Source: an uncultured Eubacteriales bacterium
GTDB lineage: Bacteria > Bacillota > Clostridia > Oscillospirales > CAG-272
Direction: 5' to 3'
Assembly: GCA_905201895.1 (NCBI GenBank)
Contig: CAJKPX010000007.1
Span: 3,240-67,239 of the forward strand
Length of the DNA: 64,000 nt
A model generated the notes under the pieces. That model did not search any database. It had not been told where the DNA came from and saw only the letters and a list, made by a program, of their open reading frames with translations. This document shows, piece after piece, positions 35,579 through 42,935 of the stretch. The translations under genes were made by a program, and so were the position numbers. How positions within the stretch are numbered: position 1 is the first letter of the stretch; each line of letters opens with the position of its first letter.

Positions 35579-36948
35579 AGTATTGGTAAACCTCCATATC
35601 GTTTGATTAGCAGTCTTCTCTCTGCCTCTGTGCCGTGGATATAATCCTGCTTGTGATCTGCTCTATAGAGCACTCTGCGCGTCTCGTCGACCTTGTTGGG
35701 CGATGTCCAATAGATCGCAAAGTAGCGGAGCGCATCGGGACTGTGGGTGATCTCGTGCGGCTCGTTGCATACGTCGGTAGGTCGGTTGGGGTCGCGTTGC
35801 AGGAGCGGCAGGTGCTTGATAAGTGTAGTGCAGGTATTGAATATGTGCAGCCTCGGCTCTCCGTCTGCATTCTTGAGCAGTAGCTCCTTGATCGCCAACC
35901 ATCCCGACTCGCGATCGTTGTTAGACTTGGTAAGGGTGAGACCGTTCTCGTGGAAGATAAGAGCCTTGCTCTTACCGGTCTCTTGAGTGCGGTTCCAAAG
36001 GTCAGGCGGTGCAAGCGTTGCATAGATGTCCTCGTCGCTCGGCGTTAGCTCTTGGATCGTGCTTGCCGCAACGCTGATAGGCAGATCGGGTGAGCAATAC
36101 TCCCGATAGACGTATGCATTATGGTTGTTATCAACGGCGATCCAATATGCCGCAAGCATATCGAGACCATAGTCGATAGCGATGTATCTACGCCATTCGG
36201 GGGGAATCTCAAACGGCGTACATACGTGATCCTCGCGCCTAAACTCCGTAAAATACTGCCCCTCAAAGATGTCCCAATCGCCGTTGAGAAGGGCTCTGCG
36301 CTCGTTCTCTGGGAGTGCCATGAGTCTCTTTTTGTAATTGGGGTCGCTCTCCATCAAAAATAGGTTGTCATCAACGAGTGACGGGATAAATATACGCCGC
36401 ATCCCATCGACCCCCTCAAAGGAGGTGTTAGGCGGTGCGGGGTCGACAAATCTCTCCTTGACCCATGAGTGACCGACTCCACCTGGGTTTGTGGATGACT
36501 TGATCTGTTTAGGGAAGCTATTCGCGCCTCTCACACGAGATATCAGGTAGATATACTGATCGTAGGTAAAGTGTGTAAGCTCGTCAAATCGCACCACATC
36601 GTACTCGGCAGATTGGTATTGGTAGACATCCTTTTCCGTCCCGCAATAGCCAAAATCAATGCAGGAACCGTTTGCCCATTTCCCCACGTGCAGAGATGAG
36701 TTAAACGTGAATATATCCCTTGGGTATAGAGCAAGAGCAGTGCGGATCAGGGACTTGTCGAGCTCCGCAAAGGATCGTCTCAATATTAACTGCTTTGATC
36801 CCGCATAACGGAGCGCAAAGAGCATCGCATCTACGATCTGACCATAAGATTTGCCGCCTCCAGCCGCGCCGCCGAAGAGCACCTCATCCTCTGTCGCACC
36901 GATAAATGCGCGTTGCTTTGTTGTGATGTCAATGCTTATCGATGACAT
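35575..36948 (-). CDS. terL: Terminase large subunit
   Basis: Walker A (FGGAAGGGKSYG) near the N-terminus and a nuclease-like C-terminal half. Start at MSSISID; the open frame extends to 36990. Confidence 0.85.
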   Translation of the reverse strand: MSSISIDITTKQRAFIGATEDEVLFGGAAGGGKSYGQIVDAMLFALRYAGSKQLILRRSFAELDKSLIRTALALYPRDIFTFNSSLHVGKWANGSCIDFGYCGTEKDVYQYQSAEYDVVRFDELTHFTYDQYIYLISRVRGANSFPKQIKSSTNPGGVGHSWVKERFVDPAPPNTSFEGVDGMRRIFIPSLVDDNLFLMESDPNYKKRLMALPENERRALLNGDWDIFEGQYFTEFRREDHVCTPFEIPPEWRRYIAIDYGLDMLAAYWIAVDNNHNAYVYREYCSPDLPISVAASTIQELTPSDEDIYATLAPPDLWNRTQETGKSKALIFHENGLTLTKSNNDRESGWLAIKELLLKNADGEPRLHIFNTCTTLIKHLPLLQRDPNRPTDVCNEPHEITHSPDALRYFAIYWTSPNKVDETRRVLYRADHKQDYIHGTEAERRLLIKRYGGLPIL

Positions 36949-37423
36949 TGATCTTGACCTCAAACGGAGCGGTACCGTCCTTGCCGGCAATCTCGTGCTC
37001 GGACTTGTCGCTCATGCCGTGATCGTTGGTGGCGACAAACTTGGCAAAATTGGCGTTGTAATATCCGCAGACGGCGTTAGAGATGAGCTTTGACTTCTGA
37101 TATTCTTTCGCACGCGCGTATGCGTGCCTAAAACGAGCACTCTGCTTGCACCAATTTAGCAAGGTGTCTCTCACCACACCAATCTTTGCCGCAAAGCCCT
37201 CGAAGGTGGGATACTCGTTACCGATGATCATGATCGGCTTTCCGTCTGTCCCTCCTATCTCCCTTGTGTTCGGGGTGGAAAAATACTCGATAAGCATATC
37301 GGCGTACTCCTCCTTATATTTAGAGGCGGCAGCATTTTCAAGTTTAAACTTGTGATCCTCTGCCTCTCTGCGCTCTTTAGTGTAAGATCCGCGCTCTGGA
37401 TTGCGTTCTTTTTTTGTTGCCAT
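36929..37423 (-). CDS. terS: Terminase small subunit
   Basis: 164 aa from MATKKERN, preceded by AAAGGAGGTAT. The FEGFAAKIGVVRDTLLNWCKQSARFRHAYARAKEYQ pattern is typical of HTH-type small terminases. Overlaps terL. Confidence 0.7.
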   Translation of the reverse strand: MATKKERNPERGSYTKERREAEDHKFKLENAAASKYKEEYADMLIEYFSTPNTREIGGTDGKPIMIIGNEYPTFEGFAAKIGVVRDTLLNWCKQSARFRHAYARAKEYQKSKLISNAVCGYYNANFAKFVATNDHGMSDKSEHEIAGKDGTAPFEVKINVIDKH

Positions 37424-37477
37424 AAAAGATACCTCCTTTGGCACATATAATATCTATAGATGAGTATAGACCACAAA

Positions 37478-37497
37478 GGTCGCAAAATGGTCGCAAA
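37478..37497. repeat. Direct repeat GGTCGCAAA x2, 11-bp phased, upstream of terS
   Basis: GGTCGCAAA at 37478-37486 and 37489-37497, in the terS upstream region. Candidate late-activator or packaging-related site. Confidence 0.35.
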
Positions 37498-37541
37498 TAA
37501 TCGCCTCGAAAAAATTTTTTAAACTTTTTTTGAAAAACCTC

Positions 37542-37570
37542 TTGACATACCCGATGGAGTATGCTATAAT
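37542..37570 (+). promoter_or_regulatory. Consensus sigma-70 promoter with A/T-rich UP-like element driving the plus-strand moron cassette
   Basis: TTGACA (37542-37547), 17-nt spacer, TATAAT (37565-37570), preceded by AAAAATTTTTTAAACTTTTTTTGAAAAA. Confidence 0.7.
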
Positions 37571-37624
37571 GATGGCACGATAGCAAATCCACCGATCAAC
37601 AAAAACACCGAAAAGGAGAACATC

Positions 37625-37837
37625 ATGAAAGCATTCACCACCATCACCGAAAAGGACATCCTCTACCACGCATATCATCACATCCTCGACCTTTGGCTAA
37701 AATCAGAAGATAACTACTCCAAGAGCATTCTCGCAGGCAAACCCAACAGTATAACCAAGTACCGCAGAGACAGATACCACGCACAACTCGAAGAGCTTCA
37801 CGCAGCGATCCTCGAATTGGAAAAAGAAGCACAGTAA
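37625..37837 (+). CDS. Hypothetical small protein (moron cassette ORF1)
   Basis: 70-aa ORF preceded by AAAAGGAGAA. Predicted helical. Confidence 0.5.
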   Translation: MKAFTTITEKDILYHAYHHILDLWLKSEDNYSKSILAGKPNSITKYRRDRYHAQLEELHAAILELEKEAQ

Positions 37838-37882
37838 ACCAAATCGGAAAGCGAATCCCCAAAGGCGCAGAAAGGATATAAC

Positions 37883-38071
37883 ATGAAAATGACAAAGACT
37901 TACGCAAAGTACATCTTGACCCTTTGGAAAGACAAATCCCCCCTCTTCAACGGCAGCATGACCGAAGGACAGTTTGACGCCTACCTTGAGATTCACGGCA
38001 TCGGGCAGGCAGAGCGCATCGTGATCCTGACCGCGCTCGTCATGGCAGGAGCGAAATTCGCAAACAATTGA
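37883..38071 (+). CDS. Hypothetical small protein (moron cassette ORF2)
   Basis: 62-aa ORF preceded by AGAAAGGA. Hydrophobic C-terminal helix (RIVILTALVMAGA). Confidence 0.45.
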   Translation: MKMTKTYAKYILTLWKDKSPLFNGSMTEGQFDAYLEIHGIGQAERIVILTALVMAGAKFANN

Positions 38072-38085
38072 GGAGGGAGACCGGC

Positions 38086-38202
38086 ATGAAAATCATCAAG
38101 ACCGTTTTCGAGATCATCGCGCTTCTCGTTGGAGCGCAGTGCGACACCTACAAGCAAGCCGTTGCAGATGGAATCTGCGACTTCTCGGGGCAAGGAAAGT
38201 GA
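38086..38202 (+). CDS. 38-aa hydrophobic peptide with GAxCD...DFSGQG motif (paralog of 49852-49986)
   Basis: Not in the ORF track. MKIIKTVFEIIALLVGAQCDTYKQAVADGICDFSGQGK preceded by GAGGAGGGAGA. Confidence 0.55.
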   Translation: MKIIKTVFEIIALLVGAQCDTYKQAVADGICDFSGQGK

Positions 38203-38211
38203 GGGAACGAC

Positions 38212-38472
38212 ATGACCATGACCAGCGGACATCACGAATGCTTCCAACGTTTACGGCGTGCAAGACTATCTAACCCTGTAAACACCGACGAATTGGAGAA
38301 CATCCGAGACTTTTACGGATACGACCTATACATAGAGTGCCTGCGGGAAGTTCTGAAGATCAATGCATTTGCAGAGGAGAACGGTCTGTCGTTCGTCGGT
38401 GCGCAGAGAATGATGTATGAGATTGAGAACGACATCGACACCGAAGCACCATTTGAATCATTGAGAAGCTGA
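38212..38472 (+). CDS. Hypothetical small protein (moron cassette ORF4)
   Basis: 86-aa ORF preceded by GAGGGAACGAC. Confidence 0.45.
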   Translation: MTMTSGHHECFQRLRRARLSNPVNTDELENIRDFYGYDLYIECLREVLKINAFAEENGLSFVGAQRMMYEIENDIDTEAPFESLRS

Positions 38473-38548
38473 TTTACAGAATGTTAATTTAATCGCAACG
38501 GAATCGCCACAAAATGATGGTATCATATCAAGAAAGGACGGTGAGAAC

Positions 38549-38731
38549 ATGAGCATTAAAGATAAAGACCGCAAAGCGCGAGAGAATTACCGCAAGAAGG
38601 TGGAAAAGGTGCAGTTTGAGTTATTCCCAGGAGACGATGATATAAAGCAACGTCTTGCAGAGGTCAAAGAGACCGAAGGAAAAGCCGCATACATTCGCAG
38701 ACTGATCCGTGAGGATATCAAAAAGGGATGA
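38549..38731 (+). CDS. Small basic ribbon-helix-helix-like protein (moron cassette ORF5)
   Basis: 60-aa ORF preceded by AAAGGACGGTGAGAAC. The KKVEKVQFELFPGDDDIKQRLAE...AAYIRRLIREDI pattern (beta strand followed by two helices) is RHH-like. Confidence 0.4.
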   Translation: MSIKDKDRKARENYRKKVEKVQFELFPGDDDIKQRLAEVKETEGKAAYIRRLIREDIKKG

Positions 38732-38757
38732 CCGCAAGGTCACCCCTTTTCCTTTTT
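38724..38757. terminator. Bidirectional hairpin terminator between convergent units
   Basis: GGGATGACC-GCAA-GGTCACCCC with A-run/T-run flanks. Lies between the ends of 38549-38731 (+) and 38779-39117 (-). Confidence 0.5.
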
Positions 38758-38778
38758 GCTTTTATGCCATCATTATGA

Positions 38779-39117
38779 TCACGTTATCAGCGATAGTCCG
38801 ACTGCGATATCGTGGATCGCTTTCCGTTTGCGGGCGTAATAGGTGTTTTTGGCGAGGAACGGAGAAGCCTGCGAGAAATGATACCCTCTGCGGCAGCAGA
38901 TGTCGCTCAAGAGACTCTTTCTGATCCCAACCTCAACATCATCAAGCGCATTGTCCACTGCATTGTTAAGGGCAACATACAAAGCAAGCACGTCTCCGTC
39001 AACAGACCCAAATTGGATCATGCGAGACCGTCTGTCATAGTCATCGCACACTGCTCTCACAAGCTCTACCACGGTGCGCGGAATCTCCCACTTGTGGTAT
39101 ATCCTCTGCTTTGCCAT
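38779..39117 (-). CDS. Candidate late-gene transcriptional regulator (RinA/ArpU-like by position)
   Basis: 112-aa ORF, the last gene of the early/middle operon before the packaging genes. Helical with a basic C-terminus. Weak call. Confidence 0.3.
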   Translation of the reverse strand: MAKQRIYHKWEIPRTVVELVRAVCDDYDRRSRMIQFGSVDGDVLALYVALNNAVDNALDDVEVGIRKSLLSDICCRRGYHFSQASPFLAKNTYYARKRKAIHDIAVGLSLIT

Positions 39118-39118
39118 T

Positions 39119-39349
39119 TTAGTCCTCCTCTGTCAGTTTGTTGTAATCGATCACAATGCTTACAGGTATCGGTCGCCTATGCTCCATAAACATACCGATC
39201 TGAGTCGCAAGCACGTCCGACGGCTTGATCTGAGATAGCCGACAAAAGCGTGACGGTCTCTGTACATTGCCGGACGGATTCGTGATAAACGTGCATTGAT
39301 CACAGATGGGTGTGTTTCTGTTTGCACAGTCTTTGCATTCAAACTTCAT
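39119..39349 (-). CDS. Cys-rich small protein (zinc-ribbon-like)
   Basis: 76-aa ORF. N-terminus is CKDCANRNTPICDQC. Confidence 0.45.
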   Translation of the reverse strand: MKFECKDCANRNTPICDQCTFITNPSGNVQRPSRFCRLSQIKPSDVLATQIGMFMEHRRPIPVSIVIDYNKLTEED

Positions 39350-39575
39350 GGTTTTCTCCTTTCCTTGCGAGTGCGATGAGCTCCCGCATTTTTTTATAGT
39401 TTATTTTTTTTGCAATTGAGTCGATGGTGGCAAGGGTCATGCGCGAGATCTCCTCCTCTGACTTGCCGAGCCTCAATCCGAGAGGCAGGACGGCATTGTT
39501 CCGTACAACCGCGAAAAGCACAACCTCAAGCCTCTCCAGCTTTCTCTGCAGGCGTTCAACCTCTCCCATGATCAT
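39339..39575 (-). CDS. Hypothetical small helical protein
   Basis: 78-aa ORF overlapping its neighbours on both sides. Confidence 0.4.
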   Translation of the reverse strand: MIMGEVERLQRKLERLEVVLFAVVRNNAVLPLGLRLGKSEEEISRMTLATIDSIAKKINYKKMRELIALARKGENHEV

Positions 39576-40009
39576 CTCCTACCCGTGCTCCCTATGCCGC
39601 CTCTGTTGGCGTTTCCAAGACTCTCTACGGTGACAATCTTGAGCCTCGGTTGATGCTTGATGATGCGAAACTGACAGATTCGGTCTCCGCGCAGGATCAT
39701 GGTGTCGCGGACGGCATACGCGAGGAAATTCCACTCGTCATCGTCGCCCTTGTAGGATTCATCAATGATTCCGATGCTATTTGCGAGCATGATGCCGTGC
39801 TTGGCAAATGTGCTTGACCGAGGCGCGATGAGCGCCTCATATCCCTTTGGGAGTTCCATCGCTACACCGAGCGGGATGCGGGCATACTGTCCAGCCATAA
39901 TCTTGACGTCCTCGGCGGCGCGTAGGTCGATCCAATCCCCCACGGAGATCTTGGCGATCGGTTCAATGACTGTGCGGTGTTTGATGTACTTGATTTTGAT
40001 TGTTTTCAT
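39572..40009 (-). CDS. dut: dUTP diphosphatase (trimeric dUTPase)
   Basis: 145-aa ORF with motifs [25 protein letters not shown] and C-terminal RGGIGSTG. Confidence 0.85.
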   Translation of the reverse strand: MKTIKIKYIKHRTVIEPIAKISVGDWIDLRAAEDVKIMAGQYARIPLGVAMELPKGYEALIAPRSSTFAKHGIMLANSIGIIDESYKGDDDEWNFLAYAVRDTMILRGDRICQFRIIKHQPRLKIVTVESLGNANRGGIGSTGRR

Positions 40010-40057
40010 TTTATCCTCCTTTTTTCATTACAATTGTGAATGGTGATACGTTTGCTT

Positions 40058-40765
40058 TCATGTCTCTCCCTCCATACACTCTCTTAATGATTCCTTGATG
40101 TAATAGTCGATTTCAAGCTTCTTGCAAAGATTCTCCGCTTCTCTACCAAATTTCGCCCAGTCTATATCCGATGGATGATAGTTAAGTTTTCCAATCTTGA
40201 CCTTGTTGACATAAGGCGCTACCACACCGATAAGAGCCAGAACATTCTCGGCGTTTACCACAGGCTCAAACGATACCCATGTTTTGATGCCTATGCGGTG
40301 CGCCTCTATTAGCGAGCAGACCAGCTCCTCCATCGAGGATGCATAAGGATTGCCTTCTCCGCCGTCAAGCGTGACTCCATACCAGTCCTCGCTATCGAGA
40401 AGATCGAACACTCGCTGGGCATCCGCGCCGTTCTTGGTAAGGATTTGAATGTGGTTTCCTGCTTGCTTCAAAGCAAAGATGATGTCTCTAGTCGGGGATA
40501 TGTTTATCGCACCTCTCGGGAATGGGTCGCAGGTAAAGCACAGATGAACCAACTTTCCTGTGATCTTCTCTCGCTTTAACTGATTTATAACCTCATCCAC
40601 GATATTTTCTCTCGGTCGTACATCCGAATGAAACTTCTCCCGCTCCCTGTGAAGAACATTCGGTGCAAAGCAGTAAAAGCATCTGTGCGGGCATCCAGTG
40701 TATATGTTGATGGCAAGATCGCCATACTCTTTAGCTTTGCCTCTCGGTTCATAAATCGGCTTCAT
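40058..40765 (-). CDS. Radical SAM enzyme (SplB/COG1533-like small family)
   Basis: CPHRCFYC (CxxxCxxC) cluster about 25 aa from the start. ~235 aa. ATG overlaps the stop of the upstream methyltransferase (ATGA) and is preceded by GAAGGAGAAAGAG. Confidence 0.7.
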   Translation of the reverse strand: MKPIYEPRGKAKEYGDLAINIYTGCPHRCFYCFAPNVLHREREKFHSDVRPRENIVDEVINQLKREKITGKLVHLCFTCDPFPRGAINISPTRDIIFALKQAGNHIQILTKNGADAQRVFDLLDSEDWYGVTLDGGEGNPYASSMEELVCSLIEAHRIGIKTWVSFEPVVNAENVLALIGVVAPYVNKVKIGKLNYHPSDIDWAKFGREAENLCKKLEIDYYIKESLRECMEGET

Positions 40766-41256
40766 GTCTCTTTCTCCTTCATAAAGCATAGCCAATTTGT
40801 GTTCATTTTCTTTCCGGAATGGTGACCAAACAAAGGTTGATAACCTATTGCATTAATGATTTCCGGAGTCGGAATCTGTATCTCCGACCACTTAAACACA
40901 AGCACTCCATCTGTCTTTAGAACCCTCATGCATTCGGAGAACCCTCTCACAATGTTGTCAAGCATTTCTTCTTTGGTGTCATATGTTCCGTACCTCTTTG
41001 CGATCCACGAATCCTTTAGACCAAATCTATGAGGAGGATCAAAGACCACAAGGGAGAATGTGTTATCATCGAATGGGAGATCCGTGAAGTCCCCGACAAC
41101 ATCAGGGTGAATAATAGTGTGCCTTGTTCTTGGAATCTTTCCAAATGTTTCCTCATACTCAACATCTCTGCGGTCAAAGTAGATCGCAAGAGGATGCTTT
41201 TTGTTAAACCAGATTGATCTTGCGCTGCAAGTTACATCAAGTATTTTCTTTTTCAT
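40762..41256 (-). CDS. Small SAM-dependent methyltransferase with DPPH motif (N6A/N4C DNA-methyltransferase-like)
   Basis: 164 aa from MKKKILDVTCS. LVVFDPPH is catalytic motif IV of amino-methyltransferases, and RVLKTDGVLVFKW is also present. RBS GAGGAGGAGAAC. The open frame extends to 41376. Confidence 0.6.
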   Translation of the reverse strand: MKKKILDVTCSARSIWFNKKHPLAIYFDRRDVEYEETFGKIPRTRHTIIHPDVVGDFTDLPFDDNTFSLVVFDPPHRFGLKDSWIAKRYGTYDTKEEMLDNIVRGFSECMRVLKTDGVLVFKWSEIQIPTPEIINAIGYQPLFGHHSGKKMNTNWLCFMKEKET

Positions 41257-41746
41257 TTTTGTTCTCCTCCTCATATTCTTCGCAGCTTCCGAACACATTC
41301 GGCTCGCAAGACACCATGTGTTTGCAAGTCGGGCATTCTTGCGGAATGTATTTCTTTTTGAGTTCGGCAATATCATCGCGTTGTATTATAGAGCAATTAT
41401 TCCAATACAAGTGTGCGTCACACAATCTCTCAATCTCCGCAAAAATCTCCCTCGCAACCTCGGCTTTGGCTTGCTCATAGTGCATCTTGTAAGAGTTTGC
41501 CGCTCCGCGCATCGCTTCATATTCCACGGTCACACGCTCAACTTCTGATTTGATTTCTTTCAATCTTCCAAGTTGTTCTTTCTGCATCTCCAAAACCTCG
41601 CTCTTTGGTACAACATCGGCAGGTGGCAATTTGCTAATTTCGTCTGCTGATGCAAAAATTCCGTATGAAAAAGATAGCGGATATTTTGCTATACAAGCAC
41701 CTCGCAAATGCTTTATCAAATCTTCTCGCTTGATATATTCGTCCAT
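41237..41746 (-). CDS. Hypothetical coiled-coil protein with C-terminal Cys motif
   Basis: Start at MDEYIKRED, preceded by AAAGGCGGAGAA. C-terminus is CPTCKHMVSCEPNVFGSC. The N-terminal extension shown in the ORF track looks spurious. Confidence 0.45.
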   Translation of the reverse strand: MDEYIKREDLIKHLRGACIAKYPLSFSYGIFASADEISKLPPADVVPKSEVLEMQKEQLGRLKEIKSEVERVTVEYEAMRGAANSYKMHYEQAKAEVAREIFAEIERLCDAHLYWNNCSIIQRDDIAELKKKYIPQECPTCKHMVSCEPNVFGSCEEYEEENKNEKENT

Positions 41747-41747
41747 A

Positions 41748-41858
41748 TCATTCTCCGCCTTTCTTGGCTTTCTCTGCTTCCTCGGCTTCCTTGTATGTCT
41801 TGCCGTTTCCAAGCACGCAATAGGTACACCATGATTTGGTGTATTCACAGATAGGCAT
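41748..41858 (-). CDS. 36-aa Cys-rich mini-protein ending in KKGGE
   Basis: Not in the ORF track. MPICEYTKSWCTYCVLGNGKTYKEAEEAEKAKKGGE, RBS AAAGGTGAAAACC. The stop is 1 nt before the next ATG. Confidence 0.4.
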   Translation of the reverse strand: MPICEYTKSWCTYCVLGNGKTYKEAEEAEKAKKGGE

Positions 41859-41898
41859 TTGGTTTTCACCTTTGATTCTCTGATAACTGCACATTCGT

Positions 41899-42126
41899 TC
41901 ATTCCTCCTTTATGTCATATACTCTGTCAAGTGATACTTTCATCACTTTGCCGTTCGATTGAACAAAGGCATAATCGTTGAAAAGCCCCGATACAATCTC
42001 TATGAGTTGGTATCTTTTGGTTTTATAACCGCACTTTGAACAATCGGGGTGCTGATTGTAATAGTCCGTTGTGTCCGCACACATCTTACACTCTCCGTAT
42101 GATGGTTTAACTTTGCAAGTTCTCAT
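41899..42126 (-). CDS. Cys-rich small protein
   Basis: 75-aa ORF containing CKMC...CSKCG. Start overlaps the upstream stop within a conserved junction. Confidence 0.45.
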   Translation of the reverse strand: MRTCKVKPSYGECKMCADTTDYYNQHPDCSKCGYKTKRYQLIEIVSGLFNDYAFVQSNGKVMKVSLDRVYDIKEE

Positions 42127-42341
42127 TCCGCACCGCCTTTCTCAAAAACAACAGTAAACCTATCAGCGGGGCAAAAAGCACAATTTCCGCAATCATCAAT
42201 CAAAATCAAACTGCCATCTTCTGTTATTGCAAATGTGTCTATGTCGCAGTATATAAGATGCTTCGCCCAATCTTCCGTCAATGCAATTTTCTCGCAATCG
42301 GGTTCTTTGCCTGTTTTGTTATCAATCACAGTAAAGCTCAT
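42123..42341 (-). CDS. Small protein ending in EKGGAE
   Basis: 72-aa ORF with a CGNCAFC motif and the conserved junction at both ends. Confidence 0.45.
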   Translation of the reverse strand: MSFTVIDNKTGKEPDCEKIALTEDWAKHLIYCDIDTFAITEDGSLILIDDCGNCAFCPADRFTVVFEKGGAE

Positions 42342-42529
42342 TCCGCACCGCCTTTCATTTCTGAAAGCATTTGTTTTTCAACAGTTTCTGCAATTTCTCG
42401 GGCTAACTTCAAGGCGCATTTACGGCATAAGCAAATAGCGGTATTTTGGTATGTTTTCTTGAACATCTTTTTTTCTTTGACCGCAAAACCGCAATCGCAA
42501 CAAAGCATATAATTTCCTCGTTGTTTCAT
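42338..42529 (-). CDS. Cys-rich small protein ending in MKGGAE
   Basis: Start at MKQRGNYMLCCDCGF (ATGA overlap with the upstream stop). Also contains CLCRKC. Confidence 0.45.
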   Translation of the reverse strand: MKQRGNYMLCCDCGFAVKEKKMFKKTYQNTAICLCRKCALKLAREIAETVEKQMLSEMKGGAE

Positions 42530-42816
42530 TCCGCACCGCCTTTCATCTTCGGTGGTTCGGGAATAGACATCCAATGGGTGATAGTTCCTTCGCCGAAACC
42601 GTCAATCTTGTTATAATAAAGAATGCACACCAAACTTTGACCTTCGATATTACAATGTGTTAAATATCTTCCGTTCCGTTCAGGCAACCTCTCCTCAACG
42701 CTGATCCACTTGTTGCTTGGAATCGAGCCGGATCGGCGCATTGCAAGCTCGCACATAGAACACATATCCTCCCTTTTGCAAGATAGGCACGGATTAAATG
42801 CAATTATATTTCCCAT
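42526..42816 (-). CDS. Small protein ending in MKGGAE
   Basis: 96-aa ORF with a CLSCKREDMCSMC motif. Confidence 0.45.
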   Translation of the reverse strand: MGNIIAFNPCLSCKREDMCSMCELAMRRSGSIPSNKWISVEERLPERNGRYLTHCNIEGQSLVCILYYNKIDGFGEGTITHWMSIPEPPKMKGGAE

Positions 42817-42935
42817 TACTCCGAACCGCCTTTCATCTGCTCTTTGAGTTCCTTGACAATATTCTCAAATAATTCTTTAGTGTAAGTAAGGTATTTCCAT
42901 TCCACATATAACTCCATCGCATTTTCGTATATCAT
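42816..42935 (-). CDS. 39-aa helical mini-protein ending in MKGGSE
   Basis: Start at MIYENAMELYV (TAATG overlap with the upstream stop). The longer frame in the ORF track is not supported by an RBS. Confidence 0.35.
   Translation of the reverse strand: MIYENAMELYVEWKYLTYTKELFENIVKELKEQMKGGSE

Noticed and set aside
40058-40765. The radical SAM protein could be QueE (7-deazaguanine pathway) or a prokaryotic viperin.
   Set aside because: - No queC, queD, folE or dpdA-like genes are in the prophage.
- The cluster context (GCPHRCFYCFAP) and overall pattern do not match the QueE or viperin N-terminal signatures as I remember them.
- I kept it as a generic SplB/COG1533-like radical SAM enzyme.
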